A stretch of 48,321 nucleotides of DNA, taken from NCBI GenBank assembly GCA_016235455.1, contig JACRKZ010000002.1, forward strand, positions 1 through 48,321, read 5' to 3'. The position numbers and the translations under genes were made by a program. Each line of letters opens with the position of its first letter. The first letter of the stretch is position 1. The stretch is from Armatimonadota bacterium. Lineage in GTDB: Bacteria; Armatimonadota; UBA10988. Of this stretch, positions 1 to 8,782 are shown in pieces. The notes beneath the pieces were generated by a model. That model saw nothing but the letters and a program-made list of their open reading frames with translations, made no database searches and was not told where the DNA came from.

Positions 1-1
1 G

Positions 2-754
2 GCCCTGGCAGAGGCCATTGAGGTGGGTGACCAAGAGGGCGAGCTGAGCGTCGCGGAGACCAACCTGCTACGCCGGGAGCTCGACTTCGGCCGCACCGTG
101 CTGGGTCAGGTGATGGTGCCCTGGCCGCGGGTGGAACGGCTGCACGTCCACGCCGACTTCGACGAGGCGCTACGCCGGCTGGCCGCGTCGTCCCACAGCC
201 GCTTCCCGGTCTGCCGGGCGGACGGCGCCGTCGTCGGCGTGCTGCACAGCAAGGACTTGCTGCCCTACCTCGACCAGCCGCTGTCGAACGTGCTGCAGGT
301 GCTGTCGCACCGCCGTACGCCGGCACCGCTGCGCCTACAGGTCGATGTCGCGCTCGACGACGCGCTGCGCCTCATGCGCGGGGCACGCTGCTCGCTGGCG
401 GTCGCCGTCGACGACGCGGGCCGCCCGGTGGGCGTAGTCGCCATGGAGGACCTGGTCGAGGAACTGGTCGGCGAGATCGTCGACGAGTCGGATGCGGGCG
501 TGGTACGCGAGCGGCTGCTGGTGGACGGCCGGCGCACGCTGGCCGACCTGGCCGACGAGGGCGTGGCGCTCGACGGTGAGCCCGACCTGACCGTGGCCGA
601 CTTCCTGGCCGGCGCGCTGCCCGAGCCGCCGACGCCCGGCGCGGTGTGGCGCGAAGGCGCCCTGGTGCTGACCGTGGAGGCGCTCGACGCCGATGGCCGC
701 GTGGACGAGGTGCGTGTCGAATGGTGGCTGTCCAGCCGGGAGGCGCGACGATGA
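2..754 (+). CDS. Hemolysin/CNNM-family CBS-domain protein (5' truncated by window edge)
   Basis: Frame open from the window edge. Motifs VMVPW, HSRFPV, VGVLHSKDLL and GVVAMEDLVEELVGEIVDESD, followed by a CorC_HlyC-like tail. Stop overlaps the next ATG (ATGA). Confidence 0.85.
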   Translation, partial: ALAEAIEVGDQEGELSVAETNLLRRELDFGRTVLGQVMVPWPRVERLHVHADFDEALRRLAASSHSRFPVCRADGAVVGVLHSKDLLPYLDQPLSNVLQVLSHRRTPAPLRLQVDVALDDALRLMRGARCSLAVAVDDAGRPVGVVAMEDLVEELVGEIVDESDAGVVRERLLVDGRRTLADLADEGVALDGEPDLTVADFLAGALPEPPTPGAVWREGALVLTVEALDADGRVDEVRVEWWLSSREARR

Positions 755-2196
755 GCGTCTGGCTGCCGGCGGCTTTGGCGCTGGTCGTCGCCGCGACCGA
801 AGCGGCGCTCGGCGTGCTCGGCCGCGAGCGGCTGCGCGAACTGGCGCAGCCCTGGGCGGCGCGGCTCACGGCCATCCTGGCGCGCCGCGAGCATGTTCAC
901 CAGAGTCTGCGCGCCACGGAGCAACTGCTGCTCGCGGCGACGGTGCTGGCCAGCGGCGAATGGTGGTCCGTGCCGCTGCTGGTGGTGGCCGACCTGCTGG
1001 CGCGCGCCGTGGCCGTGGCGGCGCCGGAGCCGGTGGCGGCCCGGTGCTGGCGCGTGGCCGACCTGGTGTGGCGACTGTCACGACCGCTGCTGCTCCTGGC
1101 CAGCGACGAGCCGGAGCCTGACGACTCGGGTGACGACGAGCCCGACGAAGCCGTACTGGAGGTAGCCGAGGCGGCCGATGTCGACCCGGAACGCCGGCAG
1201 CGCATCGCCGACATCCTCGACTTCGACGACCAGACCCTCGAGGCGGTGATGACCGCGCGCGTGGACATGGTCGGCGTGGCTGGCGAGGCCACGGTGGCCG
1301 AGGCCAGCCGCCGCGTCACGGAGTCGGGCCGCAGTCGCCTGCTGGTCTTTGGCCACTCGCCCGACGAGGTGGTCGGCGTGGTCCATGCCCGCGACCTGCT
1401 GCGCGCGGCCGACCGCGCCAGACCGGTGCGCGACCTGGCCCGCGCGCCGCTGTTCCTGGCCGCCTCGGCCCGGCTCGGCCGCGCGCTGCGCGAACTGCGG
1501 CGGCGGCACAGCTCACTGGCGGTGGTCGTGGATGAGTATGGCGGCACCGCCGGTCTGGTCACCATCGAGGACTTGGTGGAGGAGATCGTCGGCGAGATCC
1601 ACGACGAGAGCGACCCGCCAGCCGAGCCGGGCCTGCAGCCGCGCGCCGAGGGCGGCTGGCTGGCGCCGGGCCGGCTGGAGCTCGATGAGCTGTGGGATGC
1701 GCTGGCCGTCGAACCTCCGGACCTACCTGACTGCCACACGCTCGGCGGCCTGGTGTTCGTCCTCGCGGGCGACCTGCCGACCGCGGGCGAAGCGCTGGTG
1801 CTGTCCACCTCGTCGGGCCGGCTGTGGCTGCTGGTGACCGCGCTCGACGGCCGGCGCGTGGCCGAAGTGGCGGTGGTGGTGGTGGCTGCGGATCGACAGG
1901 AGGAATTGGCCGAGGCCGAGGCCAATTCGGCCGCGCCGGCCGCCGAGCGCGTCGATCACGACGCCGCGGCGGGCTGGCCGGGATCGTGGTCGCTGTCGAC
2001 GGCCGAGGCCCGGTTGGAGTATGATGAGGGCATGGGCGGGCAGGTCGCCTGCGCCGAGCTGTTTTCGTTCTGGCCGGCAGGGGAAAAACTCGGTCGGGAA
2101 GTGGTCTGGCGGCGGCACCGCGCGCGTGTTGTGGCGGAGCTGGGCGAACGGCTGGAGATCAGTTGGCAGCCGGCGAGCAAGCAGGCCGCCCCTTGA
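751..2196 (+). CDS. Hemolysin/CNNM-family CBS + CorC_HlyC protein
   Basis: ATGA-coupled to the upstream gene. Hydrophobic N-terminus, then VMTARVDM, SGRSRLLV, VVVDEYGGTAGLVTIEDLVEEIVGEIHDESD and TLGGLV. Confidence 0.85.
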   Translation: MSVWLPAALALVVAATEAALGVLGRERLRELAQPWAARLTAILARREHVHQSLRATEQLLLAATVLASGEWWSVPLLVVADLLARAVAVAAPEPVAARCWRVADLVWRLSRPLLLLASDEPEPDDSGDDEPDEAVLEVAEAADVDPERRQRIADILDFDDQTLEAVMTARVDMVGVAGEATVAEASRRVTESGRSRLLVFGHSPDEVVGVVHARDLLRAADRARPVRDLARAPLFLAASARLGRALRELRRRHSSLAVVVDEYGGTAGLVTIEDLVEEIVGEIHDESDPPAEPGLQPRAEGGWLAPGRLELDELWDALAVEPPDLPDCHTLGGLVFVLAGDLPTAGEALVLSTSSGRLWLLVTALDGRRVAEVAVVVVAADRQEELAEAEANSAAPAAERVDHDAAAGWPGSWSLSTAEARLEYDEGMGGQVACAELFSFWPAGEKLGREVVWRRHRARVVAELGERLEISWQPASKQAAP

Positions 2197-2214
2197 GAGG
2201 TAGACGGGTGCACC

Positions 2215-3168
2215 ATGGGTAAGCGGGTCAACGTGAAGCGGGCAACCGTGCCGAAGGTCAACTTCGCCAAGCTGAAGGACGGTTCGGACACACAGGTGCT
2301 GGCCTTCGCCTTCTTCGTGCCTGGCCTGGCCTATCTGTTCGCTCTCATGGCGGCGTTCTTCCTGTCCAGCAAGGGCAAGGGCACGAACGCGCTGGTCTTC
2401 CTCATCGCCTGGCCTATTGTCTCGTGGATCCTGATCACCATCGTGGCCGGCGGTCATCGTTCGCGGCTCAACAAGAACCACCGGCGCGGCAAAGTGGCCG
2501 GCACCGCCTTCCCCGAGGTGCGGGCGCAGCTGGCGACGCTATGCCGCGTGCTCGATATCCCCAAGGTGCCCGATACGTTCATCATCGAGACCGACAAGGC
2601 AGCGGCCGTGGTGCGCGGCATGGGCGCGCCCTACCTGATCATCTCGTCACGTATGTTGGAGCTGCTGGCCGACCGTGAGCAGACGGCGTTGTTCGGCGTG
2701 TTGTTGGGCCACATCAAGGCCGGCACGGTCAAGTGGCGCACCTTCATGACCACCGCGCTGGAGATGAACCCGATCCTCAAGCTGCTCTGCCTGCCGTGGG
2801 TAGTGGTGGCGCTGTTGGGCAAGAACTACATCGAGTACAGCCATTTCAGCGCCGACCGTATCGCGCTGCTGCTGCTCGAAGGCGATTTCCACATGCTGCT
2901 CACCTCGCTGATCAAGGTGATGGCACTGACCACCGATTCCATCCCGCCCGACCGCGCCCAGCAGATCATCGCCTTCCTGGGCAAGACCGGCGTCGAGGCG
3001 CGTGCCGACGACGTCGAGAACATGTTCGTGCTCAACCAGATGTTCCGCGAGATCCCAGGCCTCAAGGACCGCTGGGAGAACGTCACCCAGACGCCCTCCG
3101 ACCCGGCCTTCGAGAAGCAACTGGCCATCCTGCACCAGCGCCAGGAGATGCTCAACCCGCCGCGCTGA
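2215..3168 (+). CDS. Peptidase M48 (HtpX/Ste24)-like membrane protein with degenerate zinc motif
   Basis: GAGG before the ATG and two N-terminal TM segments. M48-like CRVLDIPKVPDTFI, YLIISSRML and SADRIA, but GVLLGHIKAG where HExxH is expected. Confidence 0.65.
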   Translation: MGKRVNVKRATVPKVNFAKLKDGSDTQVLAFAFFVPGLAYLFALMAAFFLSSKGKGTNALVFLIAWPIVSWILITIVAGGHRSRLNKNHRRGKVAGTAFPEVRAQLATLCRVLDIPKVPDTFIIETDKAAAVVRGMGAPYLIISSRMLELLADREQTALFGVLLGHIKAGTVKWRTFMTTALEMNPILKLLCLPWVVVALLGKNYIEYSHFSADRIALLLLEGDFHMLLTSLIKVMALTTDSIPPDRAQQIIAFLGKTGVEARADDVENMFVLNQMFREIPGLKDRWENVTQTPSDPAFEKQLAILHQRQEMLNPPR

Positions 3169-3900
3169 TCACAGCTTGCGGTAGAGGCCGCCGAAGGAGA
3201 CCGGCGCCAGGCGTTCGTAGCGCCGCGCCAGCTGTTCGGCGGCGCCGCCGGGGCGATTCCAGTCGACGGGCGCGGCCAGCAGATGCCCGACCTCGCGCTC
3301 ATCCTCTTCGCTCTCGGCCCACGGCGCGCGATGCAGGTAGAAGCCGCCAGGCCGCAGCCAGCGGTCGAACTGCTCGAACACCTGGGTCGGCTCGGGCAGA
3401 TGCTCCAGCACATCGATGCAGCAGACCAGGTCGAACGACTCCGCGGGCAGCGGCCCGACCGCCTCGTGGTGCAGCAGGATCACATGGTGCAGCCGGTCGC
3501 GTTCCAGACGCCAACGCAGGAAGTCCTGGGCCACGTTGGGCACGTCGACCATCACCGCGCTACGACAGCGCGACAGGTGCGGGTAGCTGACCACACCCGT
3601 ACCGCAGCCAAAGTCCACCACATCGCGCACCAGCCCGGCAGTGTGGAGCTGGCAGATCACGGCGAACACATCGGTGCGATAGAACTGGTCGATGGTATTC
3701 AGGCAGACGTTGGCGCGGCCATCGTCGCCCAGCCAGTGAGCGTAGTGGTCGCCGGGAATGCCCTCGGCCAGCATGGCGCGCTGACGCTGTGACCAGGTGG
3801 CCGCCTGGTCGTAGACCTGCTCGCGCTCCAGTCCGAAGAAGGCCGCCACATCACCGATGGTCTCATCGCGCACACGGGCCAGCTCCAGCAGGATGTCCAT
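3169..3900 (-). CDS. Class I SAM-dependent methyltransferase
   Basis: VVDFGCGTG, FDLVCCIDVLEHLPEP and LRPGG motifs. AGGAG RBS before the ATG at 3900. Confidence 0.85.
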   Translation of the reverse strand: MDILLELARVRDETIGDVAAFFGLEREQVYDQAATWSQRQRAMLAEGIPGDHYAHWLGDDGRANVCLNTIDQFYRTDVFAVICQLHTAGLVRDVVDFGCGTGVVSYPHLSRCRSAVMVDVPNVAQDFLRWRLERDRLHHVILLHHEAVGPLPAESFDLVCCIDVLEHLPEPTQVFEQFDRWLRPGGFYLHRAPWAESEEDEREVGHLLAAPVDWNRPGGAAEQLARRYERLAPVSFGGLYRKL

Positions 3901-3910
3901 GTCGGCTCCT

Positions 3911-4591
3911 TCAGCGCGGCTTGATGTGGACCGTGGTCTTGTCACCTGCGTGCAGTGGTCGGTAGCCGCCGCCGCGGAGCACCACGCGGTAAGGCTCCCA
4001 GGCGTCGCCCAGCATGATCATGCCACCGGGCACCAGGCAGCGGTCGAGCAGACCCAGCGCGCGCTCGGGATCGGGTTGCGCCAGCAGGCAGACGACCAGC
4101 GTGAACGTGTCGGCGGGCAAGGTCACCGCTTGCGCCGTGGTCAGCGTCAGCCCATGGGCCAGGCCGTGCCGGGCCATGCGCCAGGCCGCGAAGTCCAGCG
4201 CCGGGCCGGCCTCGGCCACCACGATGGTTGCACTGGCCAGGTGCGCGAACGGCAGCGTCGCCGCCGCGCTGCCGTGACCGTAGTCCAGCAGGCCTGACAC
4301 GGTGGACTGCATGAACAGGTCGCAGAGCACGTGGAAGCGCTCGCGCTCGTCGAGCAGGTCCAGCACCTCGTGGCAGAGCGCGGCCTCGGTGCCGGGCGCA
4401 GCCTCCGCGGCGTGGGCCTGCGCCAACTCGAACACGCGCCCACGTGGCACGTCGAGATAAGCCGCCAGGTCGCCCACGACGCGGTCGATGGCGCGGACGC
4501 GCTCAATCTCCAGGCCCTCGGCGCGCTGCCACGTCTGGCTGGGCGAATCCGGTCGGGGCAGATGGGCCAGCTTCGCGAGATCCAGGTTCAT
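3911..4591 (-). CDS. Methyltransferase-like protein (divergent paralogue of the downstream gene)
   Basis: LLDYGHGS, DTFTLVVCL and LVPGGMI motifs. Shares the N-terminal GD(V/L)AA(F/Y) segment with 3169-3900. Confidence 0.65.
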   Translation of the reverse strand: MNLDLAKLAHLPRPDSPSQTWQRAEGLEIERVRAIDRVVGDLAAYLDVPRGRVFELAQAHAAEAAPGTEAALCHEVLDLLDERERFHVLCDLFMQSTVSGLLDYGHGSAAATLPFAHLASATIVVAEAGPALDFAAWRMARHGLAHGLTLTTAQAVTLPADTFTLVVCLLAQPDPERALGLLDRCLVPGGMIMLGDAWEPYRVVLRGGGYRPLHAGDKTTVHIKPR

Positions 4592-4619
4592 GACAGCCCC
4601 TCTCGCGGCGCGGCCTGCG

Positions 4620-5708
4620 TCAGGTGGCCTTCGGGTAGGAGCCCAGCACCACCACACGGCGGCAGACGACCCGCAGGTCATGGATGCCGGCGGCGGTGTG
4701 CTCGTCGTCGGCGTGGCCTTCGATATCCACGAAGAACGCGTACTCGAACGGCGCCATGCGCAGCGGCCGCGACTCGATCAGCGTCATGTTGAGCTGGTGC
4801 CGGCGCAGCACTTCCAGCGCCTGCACCAGCGCGCCGGGGCGATGGTCGAGGTGCATGACCAGCGACGTCTTGTCGCTGCCCGTGGGCCGCGACCAGGTCG
4901 GTCCGAGCGTGAAGAAGCGCGTGCGGTTGTCGCGCAGGTCCTCGATGTTGCGGGCCTGAATGGTCACGCCATAGCGCGTGCCGGCCAGTTCAGTGCCGAT
5001 GGCGCCCACCATGGGGTCGGCCGCCGCCGCCTCCACCCCGGTGGTTGTCGAGGAGACAGGCACCAGCCGGGCCTGGGGCGCGTTGGCCTTGAGCCACATG
5101 CGGCACTGCTCGAGCGCGGCATCTTTGCTCTGGATCTCGCGCAACTGGTCGGGCGCGGTGTTGGCCAGCAGGCAATGGTGGATGTCGACGTACGACTCGC
5201 CGACGATCATGTAGTCGCCACCGGTCGCCAACTGGTCGAGCACCTCGCGGATCGTGCCGGCGGTGGAGTTCTCGATGGGCACGACGGCGAACACGGCATC
5301 GCCCGAGCGCAGCCCCTCGAACAGGGCGTCCAGGCTGTCGAACGGCTTGTAGATGACGCATTCGCCCCACACATTGCGCGCCGCGACCTCGGTGAACGTG
5401 GCCGACGGCCCGAGGAAGGCGACGATAGGCACTTCCTCGAGCGAACGGCAGGCCGAGATGACCTCGCGGAACACGGCCACGGCACCGCGTAGCGGCACGG
5501 GATGCACCATCTCGGGCGTCATGCGCTCCAGAATCTCGCGCTCGCGGCCCGGCACATAGGCCGGCATGTTGTGGTTGCGCTTGTACTCGCCCACCTGGAT
5601 GGCCACCCGCGCGCGGCGAATCAGCAGGTCGAGGACTTGCTGGTCGATGGCGTCGATCTGGGTGCGCAGAGCGGGGATGTCGAGCTCTTCGGGGCGATCT
5701 TGGGGCAT
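4620..5708 (-). CDS. pheA: Bifunctional chorismate mutase / prephenate dehydratase
   Basis: LRTQIDAID (CM domain), VAFLGPSATFTE, VVPIENSTAG, NRTRF, and ACT domain NMTLIESRP...FFVDIEGH...LGSYP. Confidence 0.95.
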   Translation of the reverse strand: MPQDRPEELDIPALRTQIDAIDQQVLDLLIRRARVAIQVGEYKRNHNMPAYVPGREREILERMTPEMVHPVPLRGAVAVFREVISACRSLEEVPIVAFLGPSATFTEVAARNVWGECVIYKPFDSLDALFEGLRSGDAVFAVVPIENSTAGTIREVLDQLATGGDYMIVGESYVDIHHCLLANTAPDQLREIQSKDAALEQCRMWLKANAPQARLVPVSSTTTGVEAAAADPMVGAIGTELAGTRYGVTIQARNIEDLRDNRTRFFTLGPTWSRPTGSDKTSLVMHLDHRPGALVQALEVLRRHQLNMTLIESRPLRMAPFEYAFFVDIEGHADDEHTAAGIHDLRVVCRRVVVLGSYPKAT

Positions 5709-5729
5709 GACCTGCTCTTTCGTGGTAGG

Positions 5730-5759
5730 ATTGTACGGTCGGGTCAGAGCGGGTGTCAA
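5730..5759 (-). promoter_or_regulatory. Sigma70-type promoter for pheA
   Basis: Minus strand TTGACA-N18-TACAAT just upstream of the pheA RBS. Confidence 0.7.
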
Positions 5760-5892
5760 GCGATGCCCCTGTGCCACCGACCGACGGCACACGCGGGCGG
5801 GGCCCTTTCTCAAAGCCCTCCTGCACGCCGCCGCCGGGACCCACCCTTGGGAATTCCCGCGGACGTGTGCGCGAAGAGCGAAAGGAGTACCG

Positions 5893-6717
5893 ATGGCCAC
5901 CCAAGCCACGGATGCCGCCGCCGGCAAATGGGTCAAATGTGCCGGCTGCAAGGAACTCGTCTACCGCAAGCAGTTCGAGGCATTGCAGCGCGTCTGCCCG
6001 CTCTGCAACTACCATCAGCGGCTACGCGCCTCGGAGCGCATCGCCTTCACCGCCGATGAGGGCAGCTTCCGCGAGATGTTTGCCGACATCGTCTCGGCCG
6101 ACCCCCTCGGCTTCCCCGACTACGGCGACAAGCTGCGTGGCGTCATGCGCCAGACCGGCATGAACGAGGCTGTGGTCACCGGCGAAGCCAGCATCGGCGG
6201 CTACCCCGTGGTGCTGGGCGTGCTCGACTTCCATTTCCGTGCGGGCACCATGAGCGCCGCCGTGGGCACCAAGGTGGCCAAGTCGATGGAGCATGGCCGC
6301 GAGACCGGCCGGCCTGTCATCCAGTTCATCGCCTCGGGTGGCGCACGGGTCCATGAAGGCTTGCATGCGCTGACCCAGATGGCCAAGACCTCCGCCGCCG
6401 TGGCCCGCCTGCAGGCGGCCAAAGTGCCGTTCCTGGTGGTCCTCACCGACCCCTCCATGGCCGGCGTCATGGCCTCCTACGCCTCGCTCGGCGACGTCAC
6501 GCTGGCCGAGCCGGGCGCGTTGATCGGCTTCACCGGCCCGCGCGTCATCGAGCAGACCTGCCGCATCAAGCTGCCGCCCGACCACCAGACCTCCGAGTTC
6601 CAGCTCGACCACGGCATGGTGGATCTGGTCTGCGACCGCATCAAGCTCAAGCCGACGCTCACCGCGCTGCTCAAAGCTCTGATGGGTCCGCTCCCCGAGA
6701 CCAAGGAGGGCCGCTGA
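5893..6717 (+). CDS. accD: Acetyl-CoA carboxylase carboxyltransferase beta subunit
   Basis: AAGGAG RBS. Zinc ribbon WVKCAGC...VCPLC, then SGGARVHEG, QMAKTSAA and EPGALIGFTGPRVIEQT. Confidence 0.95.
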   Translation: MATQATDAAAGKWVKCAGCKELVYRKQFEALQRVCPLCNYHQRLRASERIAFTADEGSFREMFADIVSADPLGFPDYGDKLRGVMRQTGMNEAVVTGEASIGGYPVVLGVLDFHFRAGTMSAAVGTKVAKSMEHGRETGRPVIQFIASGGARVHEGLHALTQMAKTSAAVARLQAAKVPFLVVLTDPSMAGVMASYASLGDVTLAEPGALIGFTGPRVIEQTCRIKLPPDHQTSEFQLDHGMVDLVCDRIKLKPTLTALLKALMGPLPETKEGR

Positions 6718-6719
6718 TC

Positions 6720-7715
6720 ATGCGCATCATCCCCCTGGAGCAGCCGCTGGCCGACCTGCTCACCCAGATTGAGGACCTCGACGCCGAGCAGTTGCGGCTG
6801 CTCGACGCCACCGCCAACGGCGAGGATGTCACCGCCGACCAGAAGCGCATCGAAGGCGAGATCGCCCAGTTGCGGCGCGAGCACGACGCGCTGCAGGCCG
6901 ATATCTTCGCCTCGTTGACCCCCTTTGACCGCGTGCAGTTGGCCCGCCACCCGGAGCGGCCGTACACGCTGGACTACCTCTCGGTGCTGGTCGCCGACTG
7001 GACCGAGCTGCACGGCGACCGCCGCTATGCCGACGACAAGGCCATCGTGGCCGGTCTCGGCCTGCTGGGCGGGACCCGGCCGATCGCCGCCTGCGGGCAC
7101 CAGAAGGGCCGCAACGTGGCCGAGCGCAAGGCGCGCGGCTTCGGCCAGGCCGGGCCGCCGGGCTACCGCAAGGCGGTGCGCATCATGCAGCTCGCCGCGC
7201 GCTTCGGCCACGCGGTGCTGACCTTCATCGACACGCCCGGCGCGGCCTGTTCTCCCGATGCCGAGGAACTGGGCATCAGCGAAGCCCTGGCCGTGAGCCA
7301 GATGGAGATGGCGCGCCTGCCGGTGCCGACCATCTGCACCGTGCTCGGCGAAGGCGGCAGCGGTGGCGCGATTGCTCTCGGCGTGGCCGACCACATCATC
7401 ATGCTCGAGCACAGTTACTACTCGGTCATCGCGCCCGAGGCCTGTGCCTCGATCATCTGGCGCGACGCCAGCCGACCCGCCGAGGCCGCCGACGCACTCA
7501 AGCTGAGCGCCACCGACGCCCTGCGGTTTGGCTTCTGCGACGAAGTCCTGCCCGAACCCCTGGGCGGCGCCCACAAAGACCCCACCGGCACCGCCACGGC
7601 CCTGGCCGCCAGCATCAATGCTGCACTGGAGCGCCTCGACAAACTGTCGCCCGAGGAGCTGCTGGAGCAGCGCTGGAAGCGCTTCGAGCGCATGGGCCAG
7701 GTGGCCACGCTGTAG
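6720..7715 (+). CDS. accA: Acetyl-CoA carboxylase carboxyltransferase alpha subunit
   Basis: ARHPERPYTLDY, ELHGDRRYADD, GYRKA, FIDTPGA, GEGGSGGA and YSVIAPEACASIIW. Confidence 0.95.
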   Translation: MRIIPLEQPLADLLTQIEDLDAEQLRLLDATANGEDVTADQKRIEGEIAQLRREHDALQADIFASLTPFDRVQLARHPERPYTLDYLSVLVADWTELHGDRRYADDKAIVAGLGLLGGTRPIAACGHQKGRNVAERKARGFGQAGPPGYRKAVRIMQLAARFGHAVLTFIDTPGAACSPDAEELGISEALAVSQMEMARLPVPTICTVLGEGGSGGAIALGVADHIIMLEHSYYSVIAPEACASIIWRDASRPAEAADALKLSATDALRFGFCDEVLPEPLGGAHKDPTGTATALAASINAALERLDKLSPEELLEQRWKRFERMGQVATL

Positions 7716-7831
7716 CCCAGCGGGCGCGCTGCACGCCACGCGTGCGGCGCGCCCGCTCTCCGACTCGCCCTACTCCCCACTCGCGCATCGCGCCCGATGG
7801 TGCATTGTTAGCAGTGGAGGTCGACGGACGG

Positions 7832-8389
7832 ATGGATGACGAGGCACTGGCCCAACGCGCCCAGGCGGGCGACCGCGAGGCGTTCGCCGAGCTGGTGCAG
7901 CGCCACGCGCCGTCGGTCGGGCGATTGCTGTCGGCCATGGTGGACCGGCCGGAGCAGGTGGCCGACCTCGTCCAGGAGACCTTCTGCAACGCCTGGATTG
8001 CGCTGCCACGCTATCGGGCGCGCTGCTTTGGCGGGTGGATCCGCCAGATTGCGCTCAACTGCGGGCGCCAGACGCTGCGGTCGGCCTGGTGGCGGCGGGT
8101 GCAGCTCACCGACCAACCCGTCGAGCACCTGACCAACGGCCACTCCGCGCCCTCGCCCAGCGAGGCGCTCCTCAATGGCGAGCGCGTCGCACGCATCCGC
8201 GGCGCGGTCGCCCGGCTGCCCCGTGCCCAGGCCGAGGCCGTGCGGCTGCGCTATCTGCTGGGCGAGACCTACACCGCCGCCGCCGAGCTGTTGGGCGTGC
8301 CCGAGGGCACCGTCCGCTCCCGCGTTCATGCCGGTGTGGCCCGGCTGCGGGGCGAGCTGGCTGAGTACTTCGAGGAGTTCGACCGATGA
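7832..8389 (+). CDS. ECF-type RNA polymerase sigma-70 factor
   Basis: DEALAQRAQAGDREAFAELV, DLVQETF and WIRQIALN (region 2); region 4.2 YTAAAELLGVPEGTVRSR. GGAGG upstream. Confidence 0.92.
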   Translation: MDDEALAQRAQAGDREAFAELVQRHAPSVGRLLSAMVDRPEQVADLVQETFCNAWIALPRYRARCFGGWIRQIALNCGRQTLRSAWWRRVQLTDQPVEHLTNGHSAPSPSEALLNGERVARIRGAVARLPRAQAEAVRLRYLLGETYTAAAELLGVPEGTVRSRVHAGVARLRGELAEYFEEFDR

Positions 8390-8778
8390 ACTGCCTGCAA
8401 TGCCGAGAGCAGATGGCCGAGGCGCCCAACGACGAGGCGCGCGCTCATCTGGCCGAGTGCCCCGCTTGCACCAACGCCTGGAACGAGCACCTGGCCAAGC
8501 ATGTGCTGGCGCCGGCCGCCGCGCGCGACTGGGCGCCGCCGGCCGAGCTGCTCGGCCAGGTCATGGCCGCTCTGCCCCAAGCGCCTGCCGATCCGGTCAC
8601 GCTGGCTTTCGGGCCAGAGGGGCTGGCCCGGCCGCGACGGCTCCTGTTGCCCTTGGCGGCGGTCTTCGCCGCGATCTGTCTGCCACGTCTGTCGGGTCTC
8701 AGCCTGGATGCCCAGGCCGCCGCGCGGTCCTGGTCGCAGCGCATCGCTCAGGTGCTCGCTCCGAGCCAATCGAGGTAG
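8386..8778 (+). CDS. Zinc-finger (ZAS, H-x3-C-x2-C) anti-sigma factor, single TM
   Basis: MNC...HLAECPAC motif and ATGA overlap with the sigma gene. One hydrophobic segment (LLLPLAAVFAAICL) followed by a short C-terminus. Confidence 0.8.
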   Translation: MNCLQCREQMAEAPNDEARAHLAECPACTNAWNEHLAKHVLAPAAARDWAPPAELLGQVMAALPQAPADPVTLAFGPEGLARPRRLLLPLAAVFAAICLPRLSGLSLDAQAAARSWSQRIAQVLAPSQSR

Positions 8779-8782
8779 CGTC

